From: Actinomycetota bacterium
Lineage (GTDB): Bacteria; Actinomycetota; Actinomycetes; Nanopelagicales; Nanopelagicaceae
Length of the DNA stretch: 64,000 bases
Direction: 5' to 3'
Assembly (NCBI GenBank): GCA_009701185.1
Contig: WLKQ01000002.1
Coordinates: 17,979-81,978 of the forward strand
Program-made: the position numbers and the translations under genes
The notes under the pieces: model-generated
What the model saw: only the letters and a program-made list of their open reading frames with translations
The model's database searches: none
Told to the model about the DNA's origin: nothing
Part shown: positions 50,063 through 58,615 of the stretch, piece by piece
Numbering within the stretch: the stretch's first letter is position 1
Layout of the letters: the number at the start of each line of letters is the position of its first letter

Positions 50063-50233
50063 ATGCTCGGAGGAATCAATAACGGACTTTATTTCCAAGG
50101 CTTTGGCGGATTTATCGGTGTAGCCATCCTTGCGCTCATTCTTAAGTGGATATTTCCCACTAAAAAAGATCCGCTAGCCAAAGCCGAACGCAAAGCCATG
50201 AAAGCATCACTGCGCCAACTGCGGCGTAAGTAA
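50063..50233 (+). CDS. 56-aa single-TM protein (not in ORF track)
   Basis: MLGGINNGLYFQGFGGFIGVAILALILKWIFPTKKDPLAKAERKAMKASLRQLRRK; TAACTT-6nt-ATG. Confidence 0.65.
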   Translation: MLGGINNGLYFQGFGGFIGVAILALILKWIFPTKKDPLAKAERKAMKASLRQLRRK

Positions 50234-50247
50234 GCGCAGCTATCTCC

Positions 50248-50964
50248 ATGTCACTCGTCGTAGTTACCGGTGGATCTCGAGGCCTTGGTTTTGAAACCGC
50301 TAAAGCACTAAAAGCACTAGGCCATGACATCGTCTTAGTTGCTAAAGACAGCGCCCGCCTTGCCCAGGCTGCAGCCGAACTTGAGTGTGATTTTCGAAGC
50401 GTTGACTTAGAAGATATCGACGCCGCTAAGAAATGCTTCGATGAAATCTTAGAAACCTTTGGAACACCAGAGATACTGATCATTGCCCATGCAGTGATGA
50501 GTGCAAAGATGTCAAAGACTCTTAAAACCGATAATGCAGAGTGGCGCAGAGTGATGGCGATAAATTTAGATTCAGTATTTTGTGCACTCAACATATTGGC
50601 CGCACCTATGGCAGCAGCGCGCAGTGGCCGAGTAATTGTCTTCTCTGCATGTTTGGGTCGCATGTCTGGACCCGGCAACACTGGGGGATTAGCGCCTTAC
50701 AGAGTCAGTAAAGCTGGCGTCAACGCACTCGTTCGAAACCTGGCACATGAGACTGGATTAGGCAGCCGCGGTTTCATAATCGATGCACTGTGCCCAAATC
50801 ATTCACGCACCGATATGGGCGGTCCCGATGCACCTTTATCTGCCGAAGATGGTGCACGCACAGCAATCTGGCTAGCAACTCGCGAGTTCGATGTTAACGG
50901 CGCAACTGATCAAGAGAAGTTAACGGGACTCTTGTGGGAAGAGATGAAAGTCGTACCCTGGTGA
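50248..50964 (+). CDS. Short-chain dehydrogenase/reductase
   Basis: TGGSRGLG, YRVSK, RTDMGG. Confidence 0.88.
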   Translation: MSLVVVTGGSRGLGFETAKALKALGHDIVLVAKDSARLAQAAAELECDFRSVDLEDIDAAKKCFDEILETFGTPEILIIAHAVMSAKMSKTLKTDNAEWRRVMAINLDSVFCALNILAAPMAAARSGRVIVFSACLGRMSGPGNTGGLAPYRVSKAGVNALVRNLAHETGLGSRGFIIDALCPNHSRTDMGGPDAPLSAEDGARTAIWLATREFDVNGATDQEKLTGLLWEEMKVVPW

Positions 50965-51007
50965 TTGAGTGCTTAGTGATTTCTATGCACACCATTAGGC
51001 TTGATGT

Positions 51008-51538
51008 ATGACTAAACAGCAAGAGTTTACGGTGCTGCAAACCTATAAGGATTTTGAGCTTCGCGAATATCTTCCATGCGTGATTGCAGAGGTCAAAGTC
51101 TCTGCCCCGTATTCAACTGCAACAAGTGCTGCATTCTCTTCATTATTTAAATACATCTCACAGGGCAATAAGTCCTCACAAAAAATTGCTATGACTGCCC
51201 CAGTAATTGCCGCCCAAAGAGCAGATAAGCCCAATACTGATGAGTGGTATGTATCTTTTGTCATGCCAGCCGGCAGCAGCTTTGCCGATATGCCAGATCC
51301 AAATGATTCACGAGTGACCTTGCGTGAATTAGGTGCGCAGACCTGTATCGCTACTTCATTTCGAGGCAAAGCAACGGAGGAGCTATCTGCTAAGAAAACG
51401 GCCCAACTGCGAGCAGCAGCCGTTAAGGAAAATATTGCGCTCTCTGATGAAACGCGAATCTGCCGTTTTGATCCACCAGTAAAGCCCGGCTTCTTGCAGT
51501 ACAACGAAATCGTGATCCCTATTTACGCTGGGAAGTAG
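51008..51538 (+). CDS. SOUL heme-binding protein
   Basis: FELREY, LFKYI.GN...KIAMTAPV, SFVMP, P.P.D.RV, FDPP...NEI. Confidence 0.85.
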   Translation: MTKQQEFTVLQTYKDFELREYLPCVIAEVKVSAPYSTATSAAFSSLFKYISQGNKSSQKIAMTAPVIAAQRADKPNTDEWYVSFVMPAGSSFADMPDPNDSRVTLRELGAQTCIATSFRGKATEELSAKKTAQLRAAAVKENIALSDETRICRFDPPVKPGFLQYNEIVIPIYAGK

Positions 51539-51712
51539 ACGTTGGCAGGGGAGCCCGGTGATTAAGAGTTAACGGAAGTAAGGTCTTACGCACTACTAAT
51601 CGCGCGCCCTAACCGCGGTGCTTCAATTTATGCTCCTTGGCTTCACCCAAATCTGGTCAGCCCAGAGCTAATTAAATACTGGCAAAATTACTTAGCAAAT
51701 TAGCTCACGGCT

Positions 51713-52636
51713 TCACTTATTATTTCCCATACTCAGCGAATCAATTGTGATGTAGCGTCCAGTTTGAAACTCATTCTTGATTTCAGTGGTCGTTGCCATC
51801 AACGCATTAAAGGTCTCATCAAAAGTCGCCTTTCGATTTAACAACCACCAACCCGCCATTGCTGCAGTTGCGTTAGACGTTCCCACTGTAAATTTGTTGG
51901 AGCCATCTAACATCGTTGCATACCAGCGCGCATTCAAAAAGAAATCTGTCTGCCCCTGCGCTCCATTGCTATAGCGTGCAATGTATGGAACCGCCTTTGG
52001 GTTATAGGCAATACCCTTAACTCCAGGATCTGGATTATCAGTTGCTCCAATTGAAACAGTGTCAGCAAGACAAGCCGGTGCAAATATGTCTTTATGGTTT
52101 CCATCATTACCGGCAGAAGTTATTACCGGCACATGCGCAGCTTTAAGTGTTGCAACACTGGCCGCCATTCCCACTGGAATATTGCACCCTGGTCTTATTC
52201 CACCTTGTGCAAGGCTTACAACGGCGATGTTGTACTTGACTCGGTTAGCAATGATCCATGCAAAAGCTGCCTGAACATCACTCAAGGAGTACAGATATGG
52301 CGCTCCCGATGCCGTCATTCCAGCGATTCGTATAGGAATGATCTTTGCAGCCGGATTAACTTTCAGTGCAATTGATGCCATCTGCGTTCCATGATCAAAG
52401 GTTTTATTCTTTGTTGCAGGCAGTTGCGCAGCCCCTACACCTTCCATGGTTAACTTTCCATCCGGGCAAGTGCCATATGAGATAACACAGACTTCGTAGG
52501 CAATACTCTCCTTAAATCGTGTTGTATTCATTCCAGTATCGATGATCGCAATCGTTGGAGGAGTATCGGCCATAACGGCCTGAACTGTGCTGACAGTCAG
52601 TGCGCTCACAAAGAGCGCGATAATTATTTTCTTCAT
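51713..52636 (-). CDS. Secreted subtilisin-like (S8) serine peptidase
   Basis: Signal peptide; IIDTG, HGTQMA, SAGNDG, GTSNATA catalytic set. Confidence 0.85.
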   Translation of the reverse strand: MKKIIIALFVSALTVSTVQAVMADTPPTIAIIDTGMNTTRFKESIAYEVCVISYGTCPDGKLTMEGVGAAQLPATKNKTFDHGTQMASIALKVNPAAKIIPIRIAGMTASGAPYLYSLSDVQAAFAWIIANRVKYNIAVVSLAQGGIRPGCNIPVGMAASVATLKAAHVPVITSAGNDGNHKDIFAPACLADTVSIGATDNPDPGVKGIAYNPKAVPYIARYSNGAQGQTDFFLNARWYATMLDGSNKFTVGTSNATAAMAGWWLLNRKATFDETFNALMATTTEIKNEFQTGRYITIDSLSMGNNK

Positions 52637-52756
52637 TTAATCTTTAAACCTTTCTCCACATTGATTGCATTGATAAAATGGCGTTGTAGTTACATATTTC
52701 TGTTCGATATCAGTGCTACGACACATCGGGCACTGCCGATTAGCTACATTCCCCAT
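52637..52756 (-). CDS. 39-aa zinc-ribbon protein (not in ORF track)
   Basis: MGNVANRQCPMCRSTDIEQKYVTTTPFYQCNQCGERFKD; two CxxC; exactly fills the gap between its neighbours. Confidence 0.7.
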   Translation of the reverse strand: MGNVANRQCPMCRSTDIEQKYVTTTPFYQCNQCGERFKD

Positions 52757-52950
52757 CACTTCTTCCGCCTTTCTCGTAAGTAAATTCGCTCTTCCACTTT
52801 TGCTGACTCCAGATTGCGCTGGGCTGCAATCAGTTCAGCCATGGCGATGAAGACTGCTCGCTCTGCTGGTGCAAGCAACGGATCTTCTGCACGCTTAAGC
52901 CACTTCTGTCTCTCTTGTGCATAATGCATGAAATCGTAGATGCCCATCAC
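52756..52950 (-). CDS. Small helical hypothetical protein
   Basis: GTGA overlap with upstream gene; GGTG/GAAGG RBS. Confidence 0.6.
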   Translation of the reverse strand: MMGIYDFMHYAQERQKWLKRAEDPLLAPAERAVFIAMAELIAAQRNLESAKVEERIYLRERRKK

Positions 52951-53531
52951 TCACCACCTTCACCAATAAGTGCGCCACATACTTTGTTATGAATTTTCAC
53001 AAAGTCCTGTGCTTCAACATTAAATATCTCGATCTCACAGGCACCACACTGCTGACAAATCGCGGTCCACAAATATGAGTTCAATTCTTCTCGCCAGATG
53101 AATCCAACAATGAGTGCGACTGAAATACCTTGGAGCGTTGGTAAGTTTCTGTGTTGGCGGATGGTCTGCAAATCCTGCAGATCAATCGCCTCTAACTTCT
53201 TAGCAACTGCCTTAGAAATTACGACTGCAATATCTTGATTACCACTGCCATGAGAGTGAAGAGTTAAACCACATGTACAGCTAGTCGAACCTGGTCCACT
53301 CTCATAGTGAAAGTGATAACCCTGTCCCTGCCAGCGCTTCAAGTTGGCGTAGTACAGCCAGGTCCTATACCGAGCGTATTTGGCCATATCTGGGGCTGTA
53401 TCTAGCGCAGCTTTTAGCTTGTGCAATTGCCTGTCAGTAACCGTGACGTTTTCATAACTCACGCGATAGTCAGGCTCCAGCAGGAGGGGTGTTCCTGCTG
53501 GATCTGACTTTCCACCCTTAAGCAGCTTCAT
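52947..53531 (-). CDS. Hypothetical protein with putative metal-binding motifs
   Basis: HFH..CTCG and CQQCG...HNKVC; start ATG 53531 overlaps the end of the TPR gene. Confidence 0.65.
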   Translation of the reverse strand: MKLLKGGKSDPAGTPLLLEPDYRVSYENVTVTDRQLHKLKAALDTAPDMAKYARYRTWLYYANLKRWQGQGYHFHYESGPGSTSCTCGLTLHSHGSGNQDIAVVISKAVAKKLEAIDLQDLQTIRQHRNLPTLQGISVALIVGFIWREELNSYLWTAICQQCGACEIEIFNVEAQDFVKIHNKVCGALIGEGGE

Positions 53532-54459
53532 GACTACCTTCTTTTCTAGCGAGTTCTTCAACTACCTTTACTCGCCTCAGCATCTCTTGTGCCTGCTCAT
53601 GTAATCCAGCAAGCTCGTATAACTCAGCATGTGCTGTGTCGACCTTGATGAGGAACTTCCATTCCTGCCAACCCATTGCCTGTGCCAAACTCTTGGCCTC
53701 TTCGAAAAGTCTTCCAGCTGTTTCACGATCATCTAGTAGTTGGTAGGCAACTCCTAGAAAATATTTCAGTGTCCACACCTTCTGGTGGCTATTTAGAATC
53801 GTAAAGAAGTCGAGGGCTCGTTGCCCACAGTGCATGACCTCAACTGGATTCTTTAGCTCTACGTAAATCTCTGCTAAGCGGTAATCGCAATCAACTGCGT
53901 TTGCGACTTCATTGCGCTCTTTAAAGGCCGCTCTTGATTTAAGAAAAGCATCGATAGCTTCATCAAAGCGAGCTAAGTCTTGTAGCCCTAAACCCACATT
54001 AAAGTAATCGATTCCATCGCACTCTTTACGCAGATACATCTGCGTAAACTTCATGGCCTCTAAGTGGCACGCTATTGAGTTTTCATATTCACCGGCTGTG
54101 TAATATTGCCGGCCTTGATCTCGCAGTAGATCATCTATCTCTTCGTAATCAAATGTTTTGGCCGCCTCAATGGCTTTGCCCATAGCCTGTGCCGCCTCTG
54201 ATGTGCGACCTAGCTCATAATTAATCTTCGATATTCCCACATGTACTTCGAAGACTTCTCTTTGATATTCACCTGTATCTTCTTTGTCAAAGATATCTCG
54301 CGCTGTTTCACACATTGCTAGCGACTCTTTGAACTTGCCCTGATCGAATGCAATTCGACTTAAGGCAACATAGGCGTTGGCCCTGATGCTTCCTTCATCC
54401 TGGGTTACGCGCTGCCACAGCTCTTTCTCTACTTCTGCGATCTCTCTTTCTTCAGACAC
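53518..54459 (-). CDS. Tetratricopeptide-repeat protein
   Basis: Repeated TPR-like helices (G+F.E.L/A..A); GTG start after AGGAGG. Confidence 0.8.
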   Translation of the reverse strand: MSEEREIAEVEKELWQRVTQDEGSIRANAYVALSRIAFDQGKFKESLAMCETARDIFDKEDTGEYQREVFEVHVGISKINYELGRTSEAAQAMGKAIEAAKTFDYEEIDDLLRDQGRQYYTAGEYENSIACHLEAMKFTQMYLRKECDGIDYFNVGLGLQDLARFDEAIDAFLKSRAAFKERNEVANAVDCDYRLAEIYVELKNPVEVMHCGQRALDFFTILNSHQKVWTLKYFLGVAYQLLDDRETAGRLFEEAKSLAQAMGWQEWKFLIKVDTAHAELYELAGLHEQAQEMLRRVKVVEELARKEGSHEAA

Positions 54460-54679
54460 CTCTTCCCTCCTGACCTTGCTGGGACAATCTATGAGGGACC
54501 ACTGACAAATCGATTGGCCCACCAGGTTCTCCATACACCGCTATCCCGTGTGCGTGGAGCGCTCGCAGAAGATCTACTTCCTCGAGAAATGAAACAGTTG
54601 AAACCCACCCACAGGCACATAAAGCCTGAAAGTAGGGGCATTCAACATCGAAAACAGCGTTTGCATGCTCACTAGACAT
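54452..54679 (-). CDS. Small putative zinc-finger protein
   Basis: H...QALCACGWVS...HAH; overlaps the TPR start. Confidence 0.55.
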   Translation of the reverse strand: MSSEHANAVFDVECPYFQALCACGWVSTVSFLEEVDLLRALHAHGIAVYGEPGGPIDLSVVPHRLSQQGQEGRGV

Positions 54680-54699
54680 CGCAAAACCAGGCCCTAACT

Positions 54700-54843
54700 G
54701 GGCTCTTTAAAAGAAAAGAGACCCGCTACTTCCGGCGGTGTCTTTCATCGCCGGCAGGTTTTCCTTTAGGGCCACCGGACGCGGGTCGTGCTGCGCGGAG
54801 GGCACTAAGCAAGCTAAAGGGCTTATCGCTTAGTTCTTAACCT
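54700..54843 (-). ncRNA. Candidate structured leader or small RNA
   Basis: Multiple stems (ACUAAGC/GCUUAGU; GACCCGC/GCGGGUC; CCGGCG/CGCCGG) ending in UCUUUUCUUUU, downstream of a promoter motif. Confidence 0.45.
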
Positions 54844-54849
54844 AAAGAA

Positions 54850-54871
54850 AAGATAGCACGCACATCTGACA
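54850..54871 (-). promoter_or_regulatory. RecA-NDp/PafBC-type promoter TGTCAG-N10-TATCTT
   Basis: Exact motif geometry on the minus strand, facing the TPR operon. Confidence 0.68.
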
Positions 54872-54897
54872 AATCTCAAATCCCGCGCCGTGTCTAA

Positions 54898-55107
54898 CTA
54901 CATTTCTATATTGATCCACGCGCTAGGCGTAATTACCGATGCTCCCTCTGCATGAGTGAATTCAATAAAAGCTATACCAGACTTAGTACAGTGCGTAACA
55001 AACTCAGTCTCGTCATAATCTTGGCGTTCACGGCCAACTAGAAATAACGTGATAGTGCGTTGTAATTTATTAACAAATACATTGATTAAACGTTCATTTT
55101 CTTGCAT
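54898..55107 (-). CDS. Hypothetical protein
   Basis: 69-aa ORF in otherwise unassigned DNA; no recognisable motif. Confidence 0.35.
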   Translation of the reverse strand: MQENERLINVFVNKLQRTITLFLVGRERQDYDETEFVTHCTKSGIAFIEFTHAEGASVITPSAWINIEM

Positions 55108-55156
55108 ATAAAAAGATTAAAGAGTTGTTGCGAAATAAGCAACTTTTCAAACAACC

Positions 55157-55190
55157 TGTGGACAAAGTTGTCCACAGCCACTTGTCCACA
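55157..55190. promoter_or_regulatory. Cluster of three DnaA boxes
   Basis: TGTGGACAA 55157-65, TTGTCCACA 55168-76, TTGTCCACA 55182-90. Confidence 0.75.
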
Positions 55191-55248
55191 AGTACGCTAA
55201 AAAATAGAAATTCATTGACAGATAAATCAAATTCAATACGCTTAATAC

Positions 55249-55326
55249 ATGAGACTTGATTCGCGTGCTGCAATTGCTTATGACTCCCAGAGTTTAAGCA
55301 CAAAGCATTTAGTGAAACTAAATTGA
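55249..55326 (+). pseudogene. Truncated 5' remnant resembling the start of the 56566 nuclease gene
   Basis: MRLDSRAAIA vs MRHDSRTAYA; preceded by TTGACA-16-TACGCT. Confidence 0.45.
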
Positions 55327-55345
55327 GATACGGGAGAATTATTCA

Positions 55346-56449
55346 ATGCAAGAGATAAATTGTCCACAGTGCGGGAAAGTATTCAAGATCGATGAGTCTG
55401 GTTATTCTGACATTGTAAAACAGGTACGAGACAGTGAGTTCAATAAAGATTTAAAAGATCGTTTGGCTCTTGCAGAATCTGAAAAAACCAATGAACTTTT
55501 ACATATGGAGTCGCAGAAAAATAGTGAGATTCAAAAATTGCAGACTCAAATAGAACTGCAAAAGTCAAAAGAAGAAGTGAATTTGAATCAATCTATCGCT
55601 AGCGTAAAAGAAGAATATGAGAAAGTAATGAAACTCAAAGATACTGAGATTGAGTACTACAAGGACTACAAGGTTAAGCTTTCGACCAAGATGGTAGGGG
55701 AATCACTAGAGCAGCATTGTGAAATTGAATTCAATAAGTTACGTGCAACTGGCTTCTCTCGGGCATTCTTTGAAAAAGACTCGGATGCCAGCGCCGGTAG
55801 CAAAGGTGACTATATTTTTCGTGAATCTGACGAAAATGGGGTTGAATTTATCTCAATTATGTTTGAGATGAAGAATGAAAGTGACACAACAGCTACAAAG
55901 AAAAAGAATGAAGATTTTCTTAAAGAATTGGACAAAGATCGTAATGAGAAAGGTTGTGAATATGCAGTATTAGTTTCGCTTCTTGAATCTGATAGCGACC
56001 TTTACAATACGGGAATTGTAGATGTCTCACATCGCTATCCAAAAATGTATGTTGTACGCCCACAATTTTTCATTCCGATTATTACACTATTAAGAAATAC
56101 TTCACAGAAATCGTTGGAGTATAAAGTCGAGCTAAAACGCCTTGAAGCAGAGAATTTTGATGTGACTACTTTTAAGGACAAATTGGAGGACTTTAAAAAA
56201 GGTTTTGCTCGGAATAGAAAACTTGCTTCAGATAATTTTGAAAAGGTAATTATTGAAATCGATAAGAGTATTAAGCATCTTGAAGAAACAAAAGACGCAC
56301 TCCTACTAACTGATAAGAATTTGCAAATCGCAAATCGCAAATTAGATGATTTAACAATTCAAAAACTAACTCGAGAAAATCCGACCATGGCTTCTAAGTT
56401 CAAGGCGCTAGAGGTTCCTGGGGGAGAGATTAAGGAAGTAGAAGATTGA
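55346..56449 (+). CDS. DUF2130-family coiled-coil protein
   Basis: CPQCG..F.IDESGY, LSTKMVGESLEQHC, SKGDYIF, SIMFEMKNE, YVVRPQFF. Confidence 0.85.
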   Translation: MQEINCPQCGKVFKIDESGYSDIVKQVRDSEFNKDLKDRLALAESEKTNELLHMESQKNSEIQKLQTQIELQKSKEEVNLNQSIASVKEEYEKVMKLKDTEIEYYKDYKVKLSTKMVGESLEQHCEIEFNKLRATGFSRAFFEKDSDASAGSKGDYIFRESDENGVEFISIMFEMKNESDTTATKKKNEDFLKELDKDRNEKGCEYAVLVSLLESDSDLYNTGIVDVSHRYPKMYVVRPQFFIPIITLLRNTSQKSLEYKVELKRLEAENFDVTTFKDKLEDFKKGFARNRKLASDNFEKVIIEIDKSIKHLEETKDALLLTDKNLQIANRKLDDLTIQKLTRENPTMASKFKALEVPGGEIKEVED

Positions 56450-56513
56450 AGCCACCCAACTTGGCATGTATAAGGCTTCACTAACCCCATTAGTTACGCA
56501 TAGTAAGCATAAA

Positions 56514-56535
56514 TGTCAGTCCCCTCCGATACTCT
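56514..56535 (+). promoter_or_regulatory. RecA-NDp/PafBC-type promoter TGTCAG-N10-TACTCT
   Basis: Exact motif geometry upstream of a RecB-like nuclease gene. Confidence 0.7.
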
Positions 56536-56565
56536 GTAAATAGTCAGAAAGGTAGGCGAGCGCAG

Positions 56566-58272
56566 ATGAGACATGATTCCCGCACAGCGTATGCCTGCCA
56601 CGAGTACTTACATAAGAAGTTTGCTCCTAGCCGCTTTGATTTAGCTGCGATTATTACCTCAGATCCTCTTCCTGATGCGCTCAAGAAAGCAGGAGTTGAG
56701 CACGAAAAAGTTGTTATTGAATACCTGAAATCTCTCAACCTCAAGCTTGAGATTCTCGACTCCTCATACCCAGATAATTTGTGGGAGCGTGATACGGCCA
56801 GAGCGATGATGAATTCTGATATCGACATTATTTATCGTGCATCTATTGGAGAGTATTGCGAGGCAGAGTTAGCGAAATTACAAGGCGTTGAAAGCCTTGG
56901 CGATCCATTGCGAGTAAGTCGACCAGACTTGCTCATTAAAGTCGGAACCTCAGAAACCGGTTATCCCGTTTGGGCACCTGTTGATATTAAAAGCCATAAT
57001 CCTTTGGTTGAGAATAAATCTAACAATATTCATATTACAAAGTGGCCAGATTTTGATCCTGAAAAAGCGGAGGTTGTGAAGAGTCGCCTAAATGATGAAG
57101 ATGCACTGCAACTTGCACACTACCTACGGCACTTGCAGTCACTTGGTCTTACAGATGGCTCTGCTTGGGCAGGAGTACTTGGAAAGGATATGAACTTCAT
57201 AGCATGGGCAAATTTAGAAGCACTCACTTTAGGCAAGGAAAGCGCACTTACGGTTTATGAACTGGCATTTGCTGAGGCAGTCAAGATTAAGAATCAAGCT
57301 ATTGCGCGTGAGTCAGATCCAGCTCTAGCGCCTGTGACTATCGCCCGCAGAGTCTCTGAGTGCGTTACTTGTGAAATGCGAAAGATTTGTCGCGCTGAGA
57401 TGGAGGCCTTCGACAACGGTTCTGGGCACGTGACGCTTCTTTCAGATGTCACAGCGGGTAAAGCTGCCACTAATCTGCCTGGAATAGAGAGCATCGCAGA
57501 GCTTGCAAAGGCAACTTCCTTAAACCCAGCCGGTATGAAAGCTGTGACGCGCGCCAAGGTATGGCGGAGCAAGTTTCCGGTTTTACTTGATCCTTCTAAG
57601 GAATTTAAAGTTCCTAGTTTTGATATCGAGATAGATATTGATCTTGAAAATAGCCAAGCCGCGGTTCAAGAAGCCGGGTTAGAAGATTCTCTTGGTCGTG
57701 ATGTTCTCTATATGTATGGCTTTGGTATTCACGACAGAACCGAAAATCCTGATTGGCGATTAGTAAAAATTAATTGCATTGATGACTATTCAGGCACCGA
57801 TGAGTCTGAGTTTATGATTCTCTCTCAGATGTGGAATCGCCTAGAAACCGAGGTTGCTAAGGCTGAAGCAGCTGGTAAAACAATAGGTATTTTTCATTAC
57901 AGCCCTTACGAAAAGAGATGGTGGAAAGATTTCACACGGGTGCATGCAGTCCAACCAGGCACGCCGACTTTGGATCGGGTAGAGCGATTTATGAATAAGT
58001 ATTTTGTTGATTTGTGGCCAATAGCCAAAGAAGTTGCTCTACCGGTTACAGGATACTCAATCAAAGCCTTAGCACCACTTGCTGGATTCGATTGGGAAGT
58101 TGATGCTGCTGGTGGATCAAATTCAATCGTTAAGTACCAAACAGCAATCTCACCTGATTCCACAGATCAGGAAAAGTCTGATGCGATTAAATGGTTACGC
58201 GATTACAACCGGGATGATGTTAAAGCCACATTTGCGGTAAGGGAATATTTAAGAGGTTTGAAATTTGAATAA
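56566..58272 (+). CDS. TM0106-family RecB-like nuclease with C-terminal RNase H-like domain
   Basis: PDLL...PVDIKS...QLAHY PD-(D/E)XK core; CxxC...C; DIDLE, HYSPYE, VDL, YSIKALA..GF.W, YNRDDVKAT. Confidence 0.83.
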   Translation: MRHDSRTAYACHEYLHKKFAPSRFDLAAIITSDPLPDALKKAGVEHEKVVIEYLKSLNLKLEILDSSYPDNLWERDTARAMMNSDIDIIYRASIGEYCEAELAKLQGVESLGDPLRVSRPDLLIKVGTSETGYPVWAPVDIKSHNPLVENKSNNIHITKWPDFDPEKAEVVKSRLNDEDALQLAHYLRHLQSLGLTDGSAWAGVLGKDMNFIAWANLEALTLGKESALTVYELAFAEAVKIKNQAIARESDPALAPVTIARRVSECVTCEMRKICRAEMEAFDNGSGHVTLLSDVTAGKAATNLPGIESIAELAKATSLNPAGMKAVTRAKVWRSKFPVLLDPSKEFKVPSFDIEIDIDLENSQAAVQEAGLEDSLGRDVLYMYGFGIHDRTENPDWRLVKINCIDDYSGTDESEFMILSQMWNRLETEVAKAEAAGKTIGIFHYSPYEKRWWKDFTRVHAVQPGTPTLDRVERFMNKYFVDLWPIAKEVALPVTGYSIKALAPLAGFDWEVDAAGGSNSIVKYQTAISPDSTDQEKSDAIKWLRDYNRDDVKATFAVREYLRGLKFE

Positions 58273-58615
58273 GTATTTTTCACTTTCAATGATCACCAAC
58301 TTTATTTTTTTAATGACCTGTGGTAAACTTGCGATATCACAGAAACCAAGGGGGTAAAAATGTTATACACAGGCATTTCCCCTCACTTACAATCACAAAT
58401 AACCAGATAGCCCGCTACTCGCAAGGCCGCCAAACCAGGCCTTAAAGTTCGATCTACTTCACCGCCCACGTTAGAACTTCTAACTACGGCGCCTTTACAA
58501 GCCTCTTTATGAAATCCATACGTTTTTAGGCTCTCACCGCTCAAACCCTGAGCCCTTTGTCGGGCTAACCCGACACCCACATTTAACTTTCGACCCACAA
58601 ATTAAGGAGCCCCAC

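Noticed and set aside
51545-51700. Cobalamin riboswitch (GGGGAGCCCGGTGA)
   Set aside because: The rest of the B12-box core is absent and the site lies between convergent genes.
54700-54843. Hammerhead, HDV or twister ribozyme, or c-di-GMP-I riboswitch
   Set aside because: Catalytic or ligand cores cannot be assembled in the right order; kept only as an unknown structured RNA.
55094-55303. 69-aa minus-strand ORF
   Set aside because: Overlaps the DnaA boxes and a promoter; no RBS or coding features.
54683-58446. Short shared words (AAACCAGGCC.TAA, CCCGCTACT) between the two long leaders
   Set aside because: Short, in different order, and compatible with chance in 64 kb.
58540-58582. c-di-AMP (ydaO) riboswitch 3' end or PafBC promoter
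   Set aside because: The 5' conserved half is missing and no -10 lies at N10 from TGTCGG; it is a simple hairpin.
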